64,000 bases of DNA from positions 17,052 through 81,051 of the forward strand of contig JAFZZM010000056.1 in assembly GCA_017615755.1 (NCBI GenBank), given 5' to 3'. Positions 10,119 through 19,600 of the stretch are shown in pieces. Below the pieces are notes generated by a model. That model made no database searches and had not been told where the DNA came from. It saw only the letters and a list, made by a program, of their open reading frames with translations. Each line of letters opens with the position of its first letter. Position 1 is the stretch's first letter. The stretch is from Clostridiales bacterium. Its GTDB lineage: Bacteria > Bacillota > Clostridia > Saccharofermentanales > Saccharofermentanaceae. The translations under genes were made by a program, and so were the position numbers.

Positions 10119-11510
10119 ATGTTTGAAAGTTTGTCGCAAAAACTGCAGAATATCACCGCGAAGATGCGTGGTAGTGCGCGTGTTACGGATGCCGACATCA
10201 AGGCTATGATGAAGGAGATCCGTATGGCGCTCCTCGAAGCGGATGTGAATTATTCCGTTGTTAAGGAATTTGTCGCGGATATGAGTGAGAAGTGTAAGGG
10301 CGCGGATGTTATGAAGAGCCTTACACCGGGTCAGCAGATCGTTAAGATCGTACACGAGTCTCTGGTTGAACTTCTCGGTGAAACTTCGAGCAAGCTGGCC
10401 GTTTCCCCATCCGGCTTTACGGTGATCATGCTCTATGGTCTTCAGGGTGCAGGTAAAACGACCACAGCTGCGAAACTCGCGAATATCCTGAAGAAGGGCG
10501 GCAAGCGTCCTTTGCTCCTGTCTCTTGACGTTCATCGTCCTGCAGCGGCAAAGCAGTTGGAAGTTCTTGCACAGAAGGTTGAAGTTCCGTCTTTTATCAT
10601 GCCGGAAGAGAAAGATCCTATCGTGATCGCGAAGGCCGGTATGGAAAGAGCTAAGTATCTGCTTTGTGATACGCTTCTCGTCGATACCGCAGGTCGTATG
10701 ACCGTTGATGATGAGATGATGGATGAGCTCATCAAGATCGGTGATTTTGTTAAGCCTCATGAAAAACTGCTTGTTGTCGATGCCATGATCGGTCAGGAAG
10801 CCGTTGCTGTAGCACAGAGCTTCGAAGATCGTATCGGTCTTGACGGATTCATCATGACAAAGCTCGATGGTGACGCCAGAGGTGGTGCGGCGCTCTCGAT
10901 CCGTAAGATGACAGGTAAGCCGATCAAGTACATCTGCGTAGGTGAAAAGATCGACAATATCGAAGAATTCTATCCGAACCGTATGGCGGACCGTATCCTC
11001 GGCATGGGCGACGTACTTTCTTTGATCGAGAAAGCACAGCAGACCATTGATGAGGAAGAAGCAGCCAAGTCCGTTGAGCGTATGCTCAGCAGTACATTTA
11101 ATATGGACGATCTTCTGGCTCAGTTTGAGCAGTTGAAGAAGATGGGTTCCATGAAGGATGTGCTCGGTATGATCCCGGGTGCGGCCGGAAAGATCAAGGA
11201 AGAGGATATCGATGATAAAGTGATCGACACCAACATGGCGATCATCCGTTCGATGACTAAGAAGGAAAGACGTGTACCGAATATTCTGAATGCAAGCAGA
11301 AGAAAGAGAATTGCGGCAGGTTCCGGTACGACGGTACAGCAGGTCAATAAGCTCGTTCAGCAGTATGAGCAGACGGCTGAGATGATGAAGAAGTTCAGTA
11401 AGCTCACCAAGGGCGGCAAGAAAGGCTTCGGCAAATTCCCGGGCATGGGTAAGATGGGTGGCCTTGGCGGACTTGGCGGATTCGGAGGGAAGAACTTCCC
11501 GTTTAAATAA
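10119..11510 (+). CDS. ffh: Signal recognition particle protein Ffh (SRP54)
   Basis: GLQGAGKTTT, DTAGR, TKLDGD, and a Met/Gly-rich M domain and tail. Confidence 0.98.
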   Translation: MFESLSQKLQNITAKMRGSARVTDADIKAMMKEIRMALLEADVNYSVVKEFVADMSEKCKGADVMKSLTPGQQIVKIVHESLVELLGETSSKLAVSPSGFTVIMLYGLQGAGKTTTAAKLANILKKGGKRPLLLSLDVHRPAAAKQLEVLAQKVEVPSFIMPEEKDPIVIAKAGMERAKYLLCDTLLVDTAGRMTVDDEMMDELIKIGDFVKPHEKLLVVDAMIGQEAVAVAQSFEDRIGLDGFIMTKLDGDARGGAALSIRKMTGKPIKYICVGEKIDNIEEFYPNRMADRILGMGDVLSLIEKAQQTIDEEEAAKSVERMLSSTFNMDDLLAQFEQLKKMGSMKDVLGMIPGAAGKIKEEDIDDKVIDTNMAIIRSMTKKERRVPNILNASRRKRIAAGSGTTVQQVNKLVQQYEQTAEMMKKFSKLTKGGKKGFGKFPGMGKMGGLGGLGGFGGKNFPFK

Positions 11511-11611
11511 GATGTTCACGCGGCACTTCCCAAGAAAGTGCTTTTCGACAGGATTTAAGACGCGAGAATATATAGAAAAAACATAAGAAATATTGCTAGG
11601 AGGAATTGAAA

Positions 11612-11860
11612 ATGGCAGTAAAAATTCGTTTGAGAAGAATGGGTGCAAAGAAGGCTCCTTTCTATCGTGTAGTTGTTGCAGACGGTCGTTATCCGCGTGA
11701 TGGTCGTTTCATCGAGGAGATCGGTACATATAACCCGCTCGTTGATCCGGCTGAGATCAATATCGACAACGAAGCAGCTAAGAAGTGGATCGCTAACGGC
11801 GCACAGCCGACAGATACAGTTCGTGCTCTTCTGAAGAAGTCTGGTGCTATCGAGAAGTAA
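11612..11860 (+). CDS. rpsP: 30S ribosomal protein S16
   Basis: [27 protein letters not shown] 11612 lies behind AGGAGG; the track's upstream TTG start is unlikely. Confidence 0.97.
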   Translation: MAVKIRLRRMGAKKAPFYRVVVADGRYPRDGRFIEEIGTYNPLVDPAEINIDNEAAKKWIANGAQPTDTVRALLKKSGAIEK

Positions 11861-11932
11861 TCCCATTACTTCCAATATAACAAGGAGGCAAGCAGCACAC
11901 CTACTTCTATCTACATGCTGCATTTGTAGAAT

Positions 11933-12160
11933 ATGGAATTATTAACTACAATGGCCAAGTCTTTGGTCAACCATCCTGAGGATGTTGTCGTAAAGAAGTC
12001 TGAAAGAGGAAACTCTGTTGTTCTCGAACTTACTGTTAACCCTGAAGATATGGGTAAGGTAATCGGTAAGGGCGGACGTCGCGCACAGGCTATCCGTTCC
12101 ATCATGAAGGCTAAGTACCTTCGTGAGGGCAAGCGCGTAATCGTTGATATCATCGGATGA
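11933..12160 (+). CDS. khpA: KH-domain RNA-binding protein (YlqC/KhpA family)
   Basis: 75 aa with the KH GxxG motif VIGKGGRRAQAIR, in the conserved slot between rpsP and rimM. Confidence 0.88.
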   Translation: MELLTTMAKSLVNHPEDVVVKKSERGNSVVLELTVNPEDMGKVIGKGGRRAQAIRSIMKAKYLREGKRVIVDIIG

Positions 12161-12681
12161 AAGACTATCTGATCATAGGTAAGATAACCGGCGTACATGG
12201 TGTTCGGGGAGAGGTGAAGATCGCACCTCTCACGGACAATGTGCGTCGTTTTCATTCGTTAAAAGAATGTATGCTCCTTGATGCTAAGGAGAATCTGAAA
12301 GAGACCAGGAAAGTGGCCGGTGCAAGGATCGACCCGTCCAGAACTCTTCTTAAGTTCGCAGGGCTCGACGATCGTGATGAAGCTGCCAAGCTTTCCGGAC
12401 TCTTTATCGCCGTAAAGCGCGAAGATGCCGTAAAACTTCCGAAAGGAAGATATTTCATCGCGGATCTGATCGGTCTTACGGTTGTCGATAGTGTTCGTGG
12501 CGACCTCGGTAAAATCAAAGATGTGATCAATTCCGGAGCCAGTGACATTATTCTCTGTGAACGTAAAGGCAAAAATGATCTTCTTATCCCGTATCTGAAC
12601 TCCATCGTAACGGAGGTGGATCTCGAAGGCGGAAAGATGCAGGTCACTTTGCCTGACGGACTCTATGAGATCTACGAGTGA
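12157..12681 (+). CDS. rimM: 16S rRNA processing protein RimM
   Basis: GKITGVHGVRGEVKI N-terminus and a PRC-barrel C-terminus. ATGA overlap with khpA. Confidence 0.93.
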   Translation: MKDYLIIGKITGVHGVRGEVKIAPLTDNVRRFHSLKECMLLDAKENLKETRKVAGARIDPSRTLLKFAGLDDRDEAAKLSGLFIAVKREDAVKLPKGRYFIADLIGLTVVDSVRGDLGKIKDVINSGASDIILCERKGKNDLLIPYLNSIVTEVDLEGGKMQVTLPDGLYEIYE

Positions 12682-12691
12682 GGAAAACCTC

Positions 12692-13447
12692 ATGAAGTTT
12701 TCGGTTTTAACATTATTCCCGGATCAGGTAAGGGATTTCCTTACCACAAGTATTATCGGAAGAGCGGTCGAAAAGGACATCTTATCGATCGACTGTATTG
12801 ATATACGCGATTTTTCCGGTAACCGGTACGGAAAGGTAGATGATACTCTTTTCGGCGGCGGAACGGGAATGCTCATGCAGTGCGAACCTGTATATCAGGC
12901 TTTTTCTTCTTTGTACGATGCGTCCAAGGAAGCGAAGCCGCACTGCGTTTTCATGAGTCCGAAGGGTCATGTCCTTACCCAGTCCAAGGCAAAAGAACTT
13001 GCTTCGTACGATCATCTTGTGATCCTTTGTGGTCACTACGAAGGTATCGACCAGCGTGTTCTTGATGAAATCGTTGATGAAGATCTTTCTATTGGTGACT
13101 ATGTGCTTACAGGCGGAGAGGTGGCGGCATGTGTCGTTATCGATTGTGTCTCGCGTATGATCGACGGTGTGCTCCCAAATTCAGAAGCGTATGAAGAAGA
13201 ATCCCATATGCAGGGATATCTGGAAGCACCACAGTATACGAAACCGAATGTGTGGCATGATAAAAAAGTGCCGGATGTGATGCTTTCCGGCAACCATGCC
13301 AAGATCAAGGAATGGAAAAGGATCCACGGCCTGTACGATACCTGGAAACGTCGCCCGGATATGCTTGAGAAGCTGGACATCTCTCCGGAAGACTGGAAAA
13401 AACTTCTGGATATCGATAAAGACATGCAAGAGCTTTCTAAGGAGTAA
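12692..13447 (+). CDS. trmD: tRNA (guanine37-N1)-methyltransferase TrmD
   Basis: MKFSVLTLFPD..., GGGTGMLM, ILCGHYEGIDQRV, LTGGE. Confidence 0.96.
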   Translation: MKFSVLTLFPDQVRDFLTTSIIGRAVEKDILSIDCIDIRDFSGNRYGKVDDTLFGGGTGMLMQCEPVYQAFSSLYDASKEAKPHCVFMSPKGHVLTQSKAKELASYDHLVILCGHYEGIDQRVLDEIVDEDLSIGDYVLTGGEVAACVVIDCVSRMIDGVLPNSEAYEEESHMQGYLEAPQYTKPNVWHDKKVPDVMLSGNHAKIKEWKRIHGLYDTWKRRPDMLEKLDISPEDWKKLLDIDKDMQELSKE

Positions 13448-13453
13448 CATCGC

Positions 13454-14095
13454 ATGCGAATCGAAGTGGAGAACCAGAAGATCCGCGAACGCAAGAAACA
13501 GGAGTACGCGGAACTGGTCGAAGAAATGGACAAGAAAGGCTTTGAAGCCAAACTTGAGAAGATCAGTGTTCTTAAGGCTAACGTATATGGTCTTGTCCTG
13601 TTTTTCATTCTGGCTTTTGCGTCATTCGGAGCTTACTATCTTATTTATGGCAAGGATTCCTTCGATGTCGGAAAAGTATTCTTCTTCGAGGGTTATAAGG
13701 GGCTATTGTTTTTCTTTGCAGTATACGCGGTAACGATATTTGTACATGAGTTTATCCACGGTTTCTTCTGGCACTTTTCGTGTGAGAAGAAGTGGGCGAG
13801 TATCGATTTCGGATTTAATCCGAAAAACGTCACGCCATACTGTCATTGTCGCGAAGCACTAGCAGTTTCACGATATTTCCGGGGATGTATCGCTCCGACA
13901 TTGATCCTTGGTGTTCTTCCGATCATACTGGGACTTGTCTTCAAGATCCTTTTCCTGATCACCATCGGTGTGATCGGTGTTGTAGGTGGAATCGGTGACA
14001 TGATGGTCATCGTCACACTGAGAAAACATCGCAACTGTTCGCTGTTCGACCACCCTTATGAGGTCGGATATGCGTATTTTGTAAAGAAAATATAG
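13454..14095 (+). CDS. DUF3267-like putative membrane zincin metallopeptidase
   Basis: Several TM helices with HEFIHG (HExxH) at a helix end. Starts 6 nt after trmD. Confidence 0.6.
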   Translation: MRIEVENQKIRERKKQEYAELVEEMDKKGFEAKLEKISVLKANVYGLVLFFILAFASFGAYYLIYGKDSFDVGKVFFFEGYKGLLFFFAVYAVTIFVHEFIHGFFWHFSCEKKWASIDFGFNPKNVTPYCHCREALAVSRYFRGCIAPTLILGVLPIILGLVFKILFLITIGVIGVVGGIGDMMVIVTLRKHRNCSLFDHPYEVGYAYFVKKI

Positions 14096-14201
14096 AAAAC
14101 ACTTGCATATGAAAAATCGTTATGTTATCATTTAACGGCTAAAAGGGATGGTCCGCTGCAAGATCCGGCATGAACATCTATCGGAAGAGGAGGAAACAAA
14201 G

Positions 14202-14555
14202 ATGGATTTAGTTAAAGCAGTCGAGCAGGATAACCTGCGTAATAGCTATTCCGAGGTCGAAGTTGGTGATCTGGTTAAGGCTCACCTGAAGATCAAGGAA
14301 GGTTCCAGAGAACGTATCCAGGTATTTGAAGGCTATGTGATTGCACGTAAGGGCGGCGGTCTTTCCGAGACCATGACAATTCGCCGTCTCTCCTATGGAG
14401 TTGGTGTTGAGCGTGTTTTACCCGTTCATTCTCCTAACATTGATAAGATTGAGATCGTCCGTAAGGGCCGTGTAAGAAGAGCTAAGCTTTATTATCTGCG
14501 TGGACGCGTTGGTAAGGCAGCTAGAATCACAGAGAAGCTTTCTTCTAAGAAGTGA
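14202..14555 (+). CDS. rplS: 50S ribosomal protein L19
   Basis: Full-length match to the L19 pattern (...[25 protein letters not shown]...RRAKLYYLR). GAGGAGG RBS before ATG 14202. Confidence 0.96.
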   Translation: MDLVKAVEQDNLRNSYSEVEVGDLVKAHLKIKEGSRERIQVFEGYVIARKGGGLSETMTIRRLSYGVGVERVLPVHSPNIDKIEIVRKGRVRRAKLYYLRGRVGKAARITEKLSSKK

Positions 14556-14581
14556 TTCTTTCTTGAACTTAGTTAATGTAG

Positions 14582-14619
14582 AAAAGTCTCTTTGTTTTTG
14601 CAAAGAGACTTTTTTCTTG
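14582..14619 (+). terminator. Rho-independent terminator after rplS
   Basis: 13-bp stem AAAAGTCTCTTTG/CAAAGAGACTTTT followed by a T-run. Confidence 0.8.
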
Positions 14620-14733
14620 CTCCAAAGAATAATGAAAAAGCACTCGACGAAGAGATTTGCCAAGTGCTTTTCCATATAGTATGACAGGGATCGCCAATCC
14701 TGACGACGCAAAATAAGTGAGGAGAAGAGAAGA

Positions 14734-16443
14734 TTATTTTACAGGAGTGGAAAGGTAGACTTTAAACAGTTCACTGAAATCACCTTGCTTGTTCCAGAAA
14801 TCCTGGAATTCCTGCGGGTCTACTTCGGAGAATGCGAAAGTTGCGACGTATTCTTGAAGTGCACTGATGAATTTCTCTTCGCCGAGCTTGGAGTAGAGGC
14901 CGTACATCAAAGCAGCGCCTTTATCGTAAATATCCCAGTAATCCATTGGCTGAGATTTGAAATCATAGATCGAGCTGTTAAGATCCGGATTCATATCGCC
15001 GTCTGAGGTTCCGTTGTATTTTTTATGAAAGTACTCATTGGACATTTTAAGAGATTCGAGGCCTTGACCTCCGAGGGGTTCGTCGTGAATACACTTGTCG
15101 AAATAGAAATTCTCTAGAAAACGCGCCATACCTTCATCGATCCAGGCGTGCCGGATCTCATCGTTGCCGACGATTCCATAAAACCACTGGTGTGCAATTT
15201 CGTGTGCGGTACATATAGCAAGCGCATTTGTTTCACCGATAATGAATTTTCTCTGTTCGTCTTCCGGAGCCAGGTTCCCCGCCTCATCTTGTGCAAGGGA
15301 AAGACATGTATCAGCGCCACTCTTCAAAAGTTCATTTACATAGTTTTTGTATTCTTCATATGAGATATGTCCGTTGGCGTACTCATATTTTTTATCTTGA
15401 TTCTCGTGAGCCTGCAATAAGATCATGCCCGGATACTCCATACCACCAATATCATCTGCAACACTGCAAAGCATCAGATTCAATGTTTCATATGGATATC
15501 CACCACAAGTCTTATTGAAAAGAGCAAGTGAATCTTTAGCTGCACGCATGACGGTTTCTGCTTGATACTTGCAAGTTTCCTTATAGAAAACATGAATATC
15601 GCAATCATCGACCTTTTCTGTCAGTTCGAGAAGATCTTCAGCAGTACTGAAGGCAAAGTCGCGCATGTCATTTGCTTCATAGATACCATCTTTCAGCGTA
15701 CCGCTGGCACAGACCTTGTATCCGTCCGGAACTTCCAGTTTCACATGATAATCGGCAACCTCTGTATAAAAAGCATCTCCGATCTCAACGTAAGGCTGAA
15801 CCAGCCATTCGCCATTCTCGTGAAGAGCAGGAGTGGCTATAAAGTTTCCGAGGTTATATGCATGTCCAACATGTCCGAAACGGTTAGGAATATCCGGGAT
15901 GGAAACGGTGTATTCCATTTCAAGGTCGATGGACTCGCCCTTCTTCAGTTCTTTTCCCAAAGGAAGCTTATAGACTGTCTCTTTTACATTCTCCATATGG
16001 AGTTCCTGACCGTTAGCTTTGATCGATTCGAAATTGACACCGCCACCTTTTTCTTTGTAAGCTGCCGGGATACAGTTAAAGTAGATGTCCTTCAGATCCG
16101 AATCGGTACTGTTGATATACTTCAGTTTCTGTGTGATGTTAAGCTGATGCTTTTCTGTATCAAGCTTAACGTTCATGTCGTACTGGTTCTTTTCGCGTTG
16201 TGTCGAATTAGTAAGCTTTTGAACCGTGAGAGAAGGACTCTGTTGTACAATTTGTGTTTCTGTTGGTGTCGTATCTGATACTTTTGTATCCGCTATTTCC
16301 GATGTCATTTGTGTAGATGCTGTTGTTGCCGGCTGTGTGGTGATTCGGGTGATTTCTGATTTTCCGGTTGATTGTTTGCTCTGACATGCTGTAGCAGAAA
16401 GAATAGCTGTTGCCAATAATATTGAAAGGATCTTTTTCTTCAT
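14734..16443 (-). CDS. Secreted, probably lipid-anchored M1-family zinc aminopeptidase
   Basis: Signal peptide ending ...SATAC, GGMEYPG exopeptidase motif, HEIAHQW-x18-E (WIDEG). Start at MKKKILS (16443). Confidence 0.85.
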   Translation of the reverse strand: MKKKILSILLATAILSATACQSKQSTGKSEITRITTQPATTASTQMTSEIADTKVSDTTPTETQIVQQSPSLTVQKLTNSTQREKNQYDMNVKLDTEKHQLNITQKLKYINSTDSDLKDIYFNCIPAAYKEKGGGVNFESIKANGQELHMENVKETVYKLPLGKELKKGESIDLEMEYTVSIPDIPNRFGHVGHAYNLGNFIATPALHENGEWLVQPYVEIGDAFYTEVADYHVKLEVPDGYKVCASGTLKDGIYEANDMRDFAFSTAEDLLELTEKVDDCDIHVFYKETCKYQAETVMRAAKDSLALFNKTCGGYPYETLNLMLCSVADDIGGMEYPGMILLQAHENQDKKYEYANGHISYEEYKNYVNELLKSGADTCLSLAQDEAGNLAPEDEQRKFIIGETNALAICTAHEIAHQWFYGIVGNDEIRHAWIDEGMARFLENFYFDKCIHDEPLGGQGLESLKMSNEYFHKKYNGTSDGDMNPDLNSSIYDFKSQPMDYWDIYDKGAALMYGLYSKLGEEKFISALQEYVATFAFSEVDPQEFQDFWNKQGDFSELFKVYLSTPVK

Positions 16444-16640
16444 AATGTCGCTCCTCTGATTTGATGATTTCATCATAACCCACTTGTGAAATATAATTGA
16501 TTTCTATTCTGTCACGTGACGAATCAGTAACTTTTGTCGTTATTTCGCTTTTTTAGAGGAATTTGTGCAAAAGCATGTAGTGGTATAATAGTCGTGATGT
16601 GTTTGAGAGGATTTCCTTCGGGAATGACGTGGAGGTTTGT

Positions 16641-19600
16641 ATGCATTGTAGAATCAAGAACGCAAAGAGAAAGATTGCAAGTATTGTGCTTGCTGCATCA
16701 CTTTGTACGCCTTTGTTGGCATGGAAAGAGGACTTTTCGGAAAAGGTGTATGCGGCACCAAGTGCTTTTACCAAGACCAAAGAGAATACGACGATTGGTG
16801 TTTCGGCAATCAGTAATCCTACTGCACCATCATCGAAAAGTGATGCCTGGAAAGGAAGCTATGTATATTTCGGTAAGTACAATGATAAGGGCGTGACCTA
16901 TCGTGTGCTGAATAATAAAGAGACAAAGTTTGGCGGTACAACGATGTTCCTGGATTGTGATACGGTCCTGGAAGATCGTGTATTTGCTATTGATACAACT
17001 TCAAATGCATGGAATGACAGTGCTATCCGCAAATGGATGAACAGTAACTATTTTTTCAATAACAGCAGTTACTTTTCCTCGGTTGAGCGCGCATCAATCA
17101 GGAAGAGTTCCATTGCTTCCCATTCTTTAAGCGGTGTAGATGCGGATGCGATCACTGCTTATAAAGACTATGTAGGGCTTTCCGGAGATTATGTCTTCCT
17201 TCTCGATGCTGAAGATATTCTGAATTCAAAATACGGATACTACAGTGTAATGAATCCGGAAGGATATTCGTCTATAGTCGCAAGCAGAGGAAAGAGACTC
17301 TTTGGCGGAAACTCTTTACATACCTGGTGGCTTCGCAGTTCCTCCGCCATATATGATGACCGCGCAGGATTTATAAATAATTCTCCTCAAGGCATTCCCG
17401 GTCACGGTTTAGTAACGGCGAAATTTGGTTTTTCACCGGCTATGAATATTAATACTTCGAATGTGCTTTTTTCCTCGCTTGTGAAATCATCCACATATAA
17501 GCTGACTCTGTATGATCAGGATATCGAGCTTTCTGTACCATCTGATATTGACATTCAGTTTTCCGGGAACAAGGTAACTGTTCCTTATACGCTGGACGGC
17601 GCTCACGCCGAAAACTGCAATCAGCTTTCTGTCTTGATTACAAATAATCAGCCGCTTGATAGTTCCAGTATTAAACTTCTGCATTACGGCAAGGCTTCTT
17701 ATTCGGGAAACATCGTAGACGCAGGAAAGGCAACATTTGAAATTCCTTCTGATCTGCAGGGTGATTGGGGAACCAATTTCCGCGTATATCTTCTTGCGGA
17801 ACAGGTTAATGCACTTGATGAAACGGATTATGCCTGTGTTCCGTATCAGTTGCCGAAACTGGTTTTGCCGGCCGTAAAGAATTTCAGTATCAAGTCTACC
17901 AATGATGGTCAGTCTGTAGAACTGAAATGGGAAAGTGTTGCCGGCGCCACAACATATGAGGTGTTCTGGAAGAAAGATGACGGCTCTTTCACTTGTATAG
18001 CGGAAACAGCTGAGACCAGCCTGAATCTAAGCGGGCTTCCTTTTGGAAGCACATTCTATTTCAAGATTCGTGCATGTCGAAAGATCTCCGGAGAGAAAAC
18101 GGTAAAGATCTATGGTGATTATAGTGAACTTTTGAAACATATACCGCAGATGGGTAAGGTTTATCTCAAGTATAGTTATCTTGTATCCAAGACTGACGGA
18201 TTTAAACTGACGTGGTCTTCTGTGGATAATGCAGATTACTATGAGGTGAGACAGTGTCTCGCCCCTCTGAAGACCGGTGCATATGGTGAATGGACTTTGG
18301 TAAAAAACACAACTGATACTGAATGCTACATTCCTGTAGAATTCGGACAGAAGTATATGTTTGCCGTTCGAGCACATAAATCGACCAGTTCCGGTGATGG
18401 ATTCGGTCCATACAGTGATGTTCTGGAATATGTTCCTTCTGTGGGCAAGTGTTCGACACTGAAAGGCGAACCGAATGTTGCCGGTGACGGTGTCAAACTG
18501 GAATGGGACGGCGGCGGATTCTTTGCTGAGGATTATGAGATCTGGTATCAAACCGGAACGACTAACTCGGATGGTTCAATCACATATTCCGAGTGGGTAA
18601 AGGCAGGTACTTCAACAGAAAGAGCCTATGAGGCAAAGGGTCTCGTTGCCGGTACACCATACAAGTTTAAGGTACGCGCTCATGCTACGGACAGCGGCGT
18701 TGATTATTATGGTGATTATAGCGGTACTGTGAAAGTTGTACCTCGTGTCGGTGGTCCGACAAACACACCTACTCCGACCAATACGCCGACACCGACGAAC
18801 ACACCTACGCCGACAAAGAAGGCGACGCCAACTCCAACGAATACACCTACTCCAAAGAATACACCTACGCCGACCAATACGCCGACACCGACGAATACAC
18901 CTACACCGACAAAAAAGGCGACACCAAAACCGACAAAGAAAGTCACTCCTACGCCGGTAACTGATCAGCCGACACCGACGACAAAGCCGGGTGATCCGAC
19001 CCCGACAACTGCGCCGGGACAGCCGACGACCGCTCCTGGTCAACCTACACCGACTACAGCTCCTGGTGATCCTACGCCAACGACCGGTCCCGGCCAGCCA
19101 ACTCCGACAGAGACTCCGGATCCGACTTTCAAAGATTTTGTCGAGCGATTGTATGTTGTTGCGCTGAATCGTGCTTCTGAGCCTGAAGGAAAGGCTTTCT
19201 GGGTCGAGAAGGTAGAGAATGGCGAATATAATGGTGCGGACTGTGCCCGGTTCTTCCTGCTCGAAGCACCTGAGTTCATGAACAGACAGCTCAATGACAG
19301 TGATTTCCTGGAGATCCTGTATCACACTTTCTATGACCGTGAATCCGACGAAGCCGGTAAAGTTTACTGGATGGGAAGACTTGCAAATGGCACGAGCCGA
19401 CGTGATGTTGTGAACGATTTCATCGAATCCACCGAGTGGTGCAATGTTTGCGCGACATACGGCGTTCGTTCCGGTGCAATCTACCATAAGGCAGAGTTTG
19501 CTTCGAAGAATGCTATTAAGTTTGCTACAAGACTCTACACATGCTGCCTGGGAAGAGATCCTGAAGAGGCAGGCCTGAAATACTGGAGCTTGGCTCTGAC

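Noticed and set aside
10011-11648. A 545-aa ORF antisense to ffh. Similar long antisense ORFs occur at 24759-25994 (opposite purB), 29363-30712 and 30914-31777 (LRR gene), 32727-34094 (glyA), 42615-43775 (M18 peptidase), 43741-44802 (aroF), 60524-61714 (acyl-CoA ligase) and 384-902 (recA).
   Set aside because: Each lies entirely opposite a confidently identified, motif-bearing gene. None has an RBS or a recognisable domain, and their compositions are odd (rich in Cys, His, Arg and Leu). They are shadow ORFs produced by the codon bias of the true gene.
14135-14201. Possible ribosomal-protein L19 autoregulatory leader upstream of rplS.
   Set aside because: The position fits: it follows a TTGCAT-17-TATCAT promoter. 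However, I could not derive a convincing conserved hairpin by eye or recall the consensus well enough. A covariance-model search is needed.
16534-16896. A 120-aa ORF overlapping the start of the large surface-protein gene.
   Set aside because: It is in a different frame from a gene with a clear RBS (GGAGG before ATG 16641) and signal peptide. The sequence is Arg/Cys-rich with no motif.
18756-19127. The short tandem DNA repeats could be mistaken for a CRISPR-like array.
   Set aside because: The units are about 18 nt, contiguous with no spacers, in frame within a CDS, and encode PTNTPT. No cas genes are present in the window.
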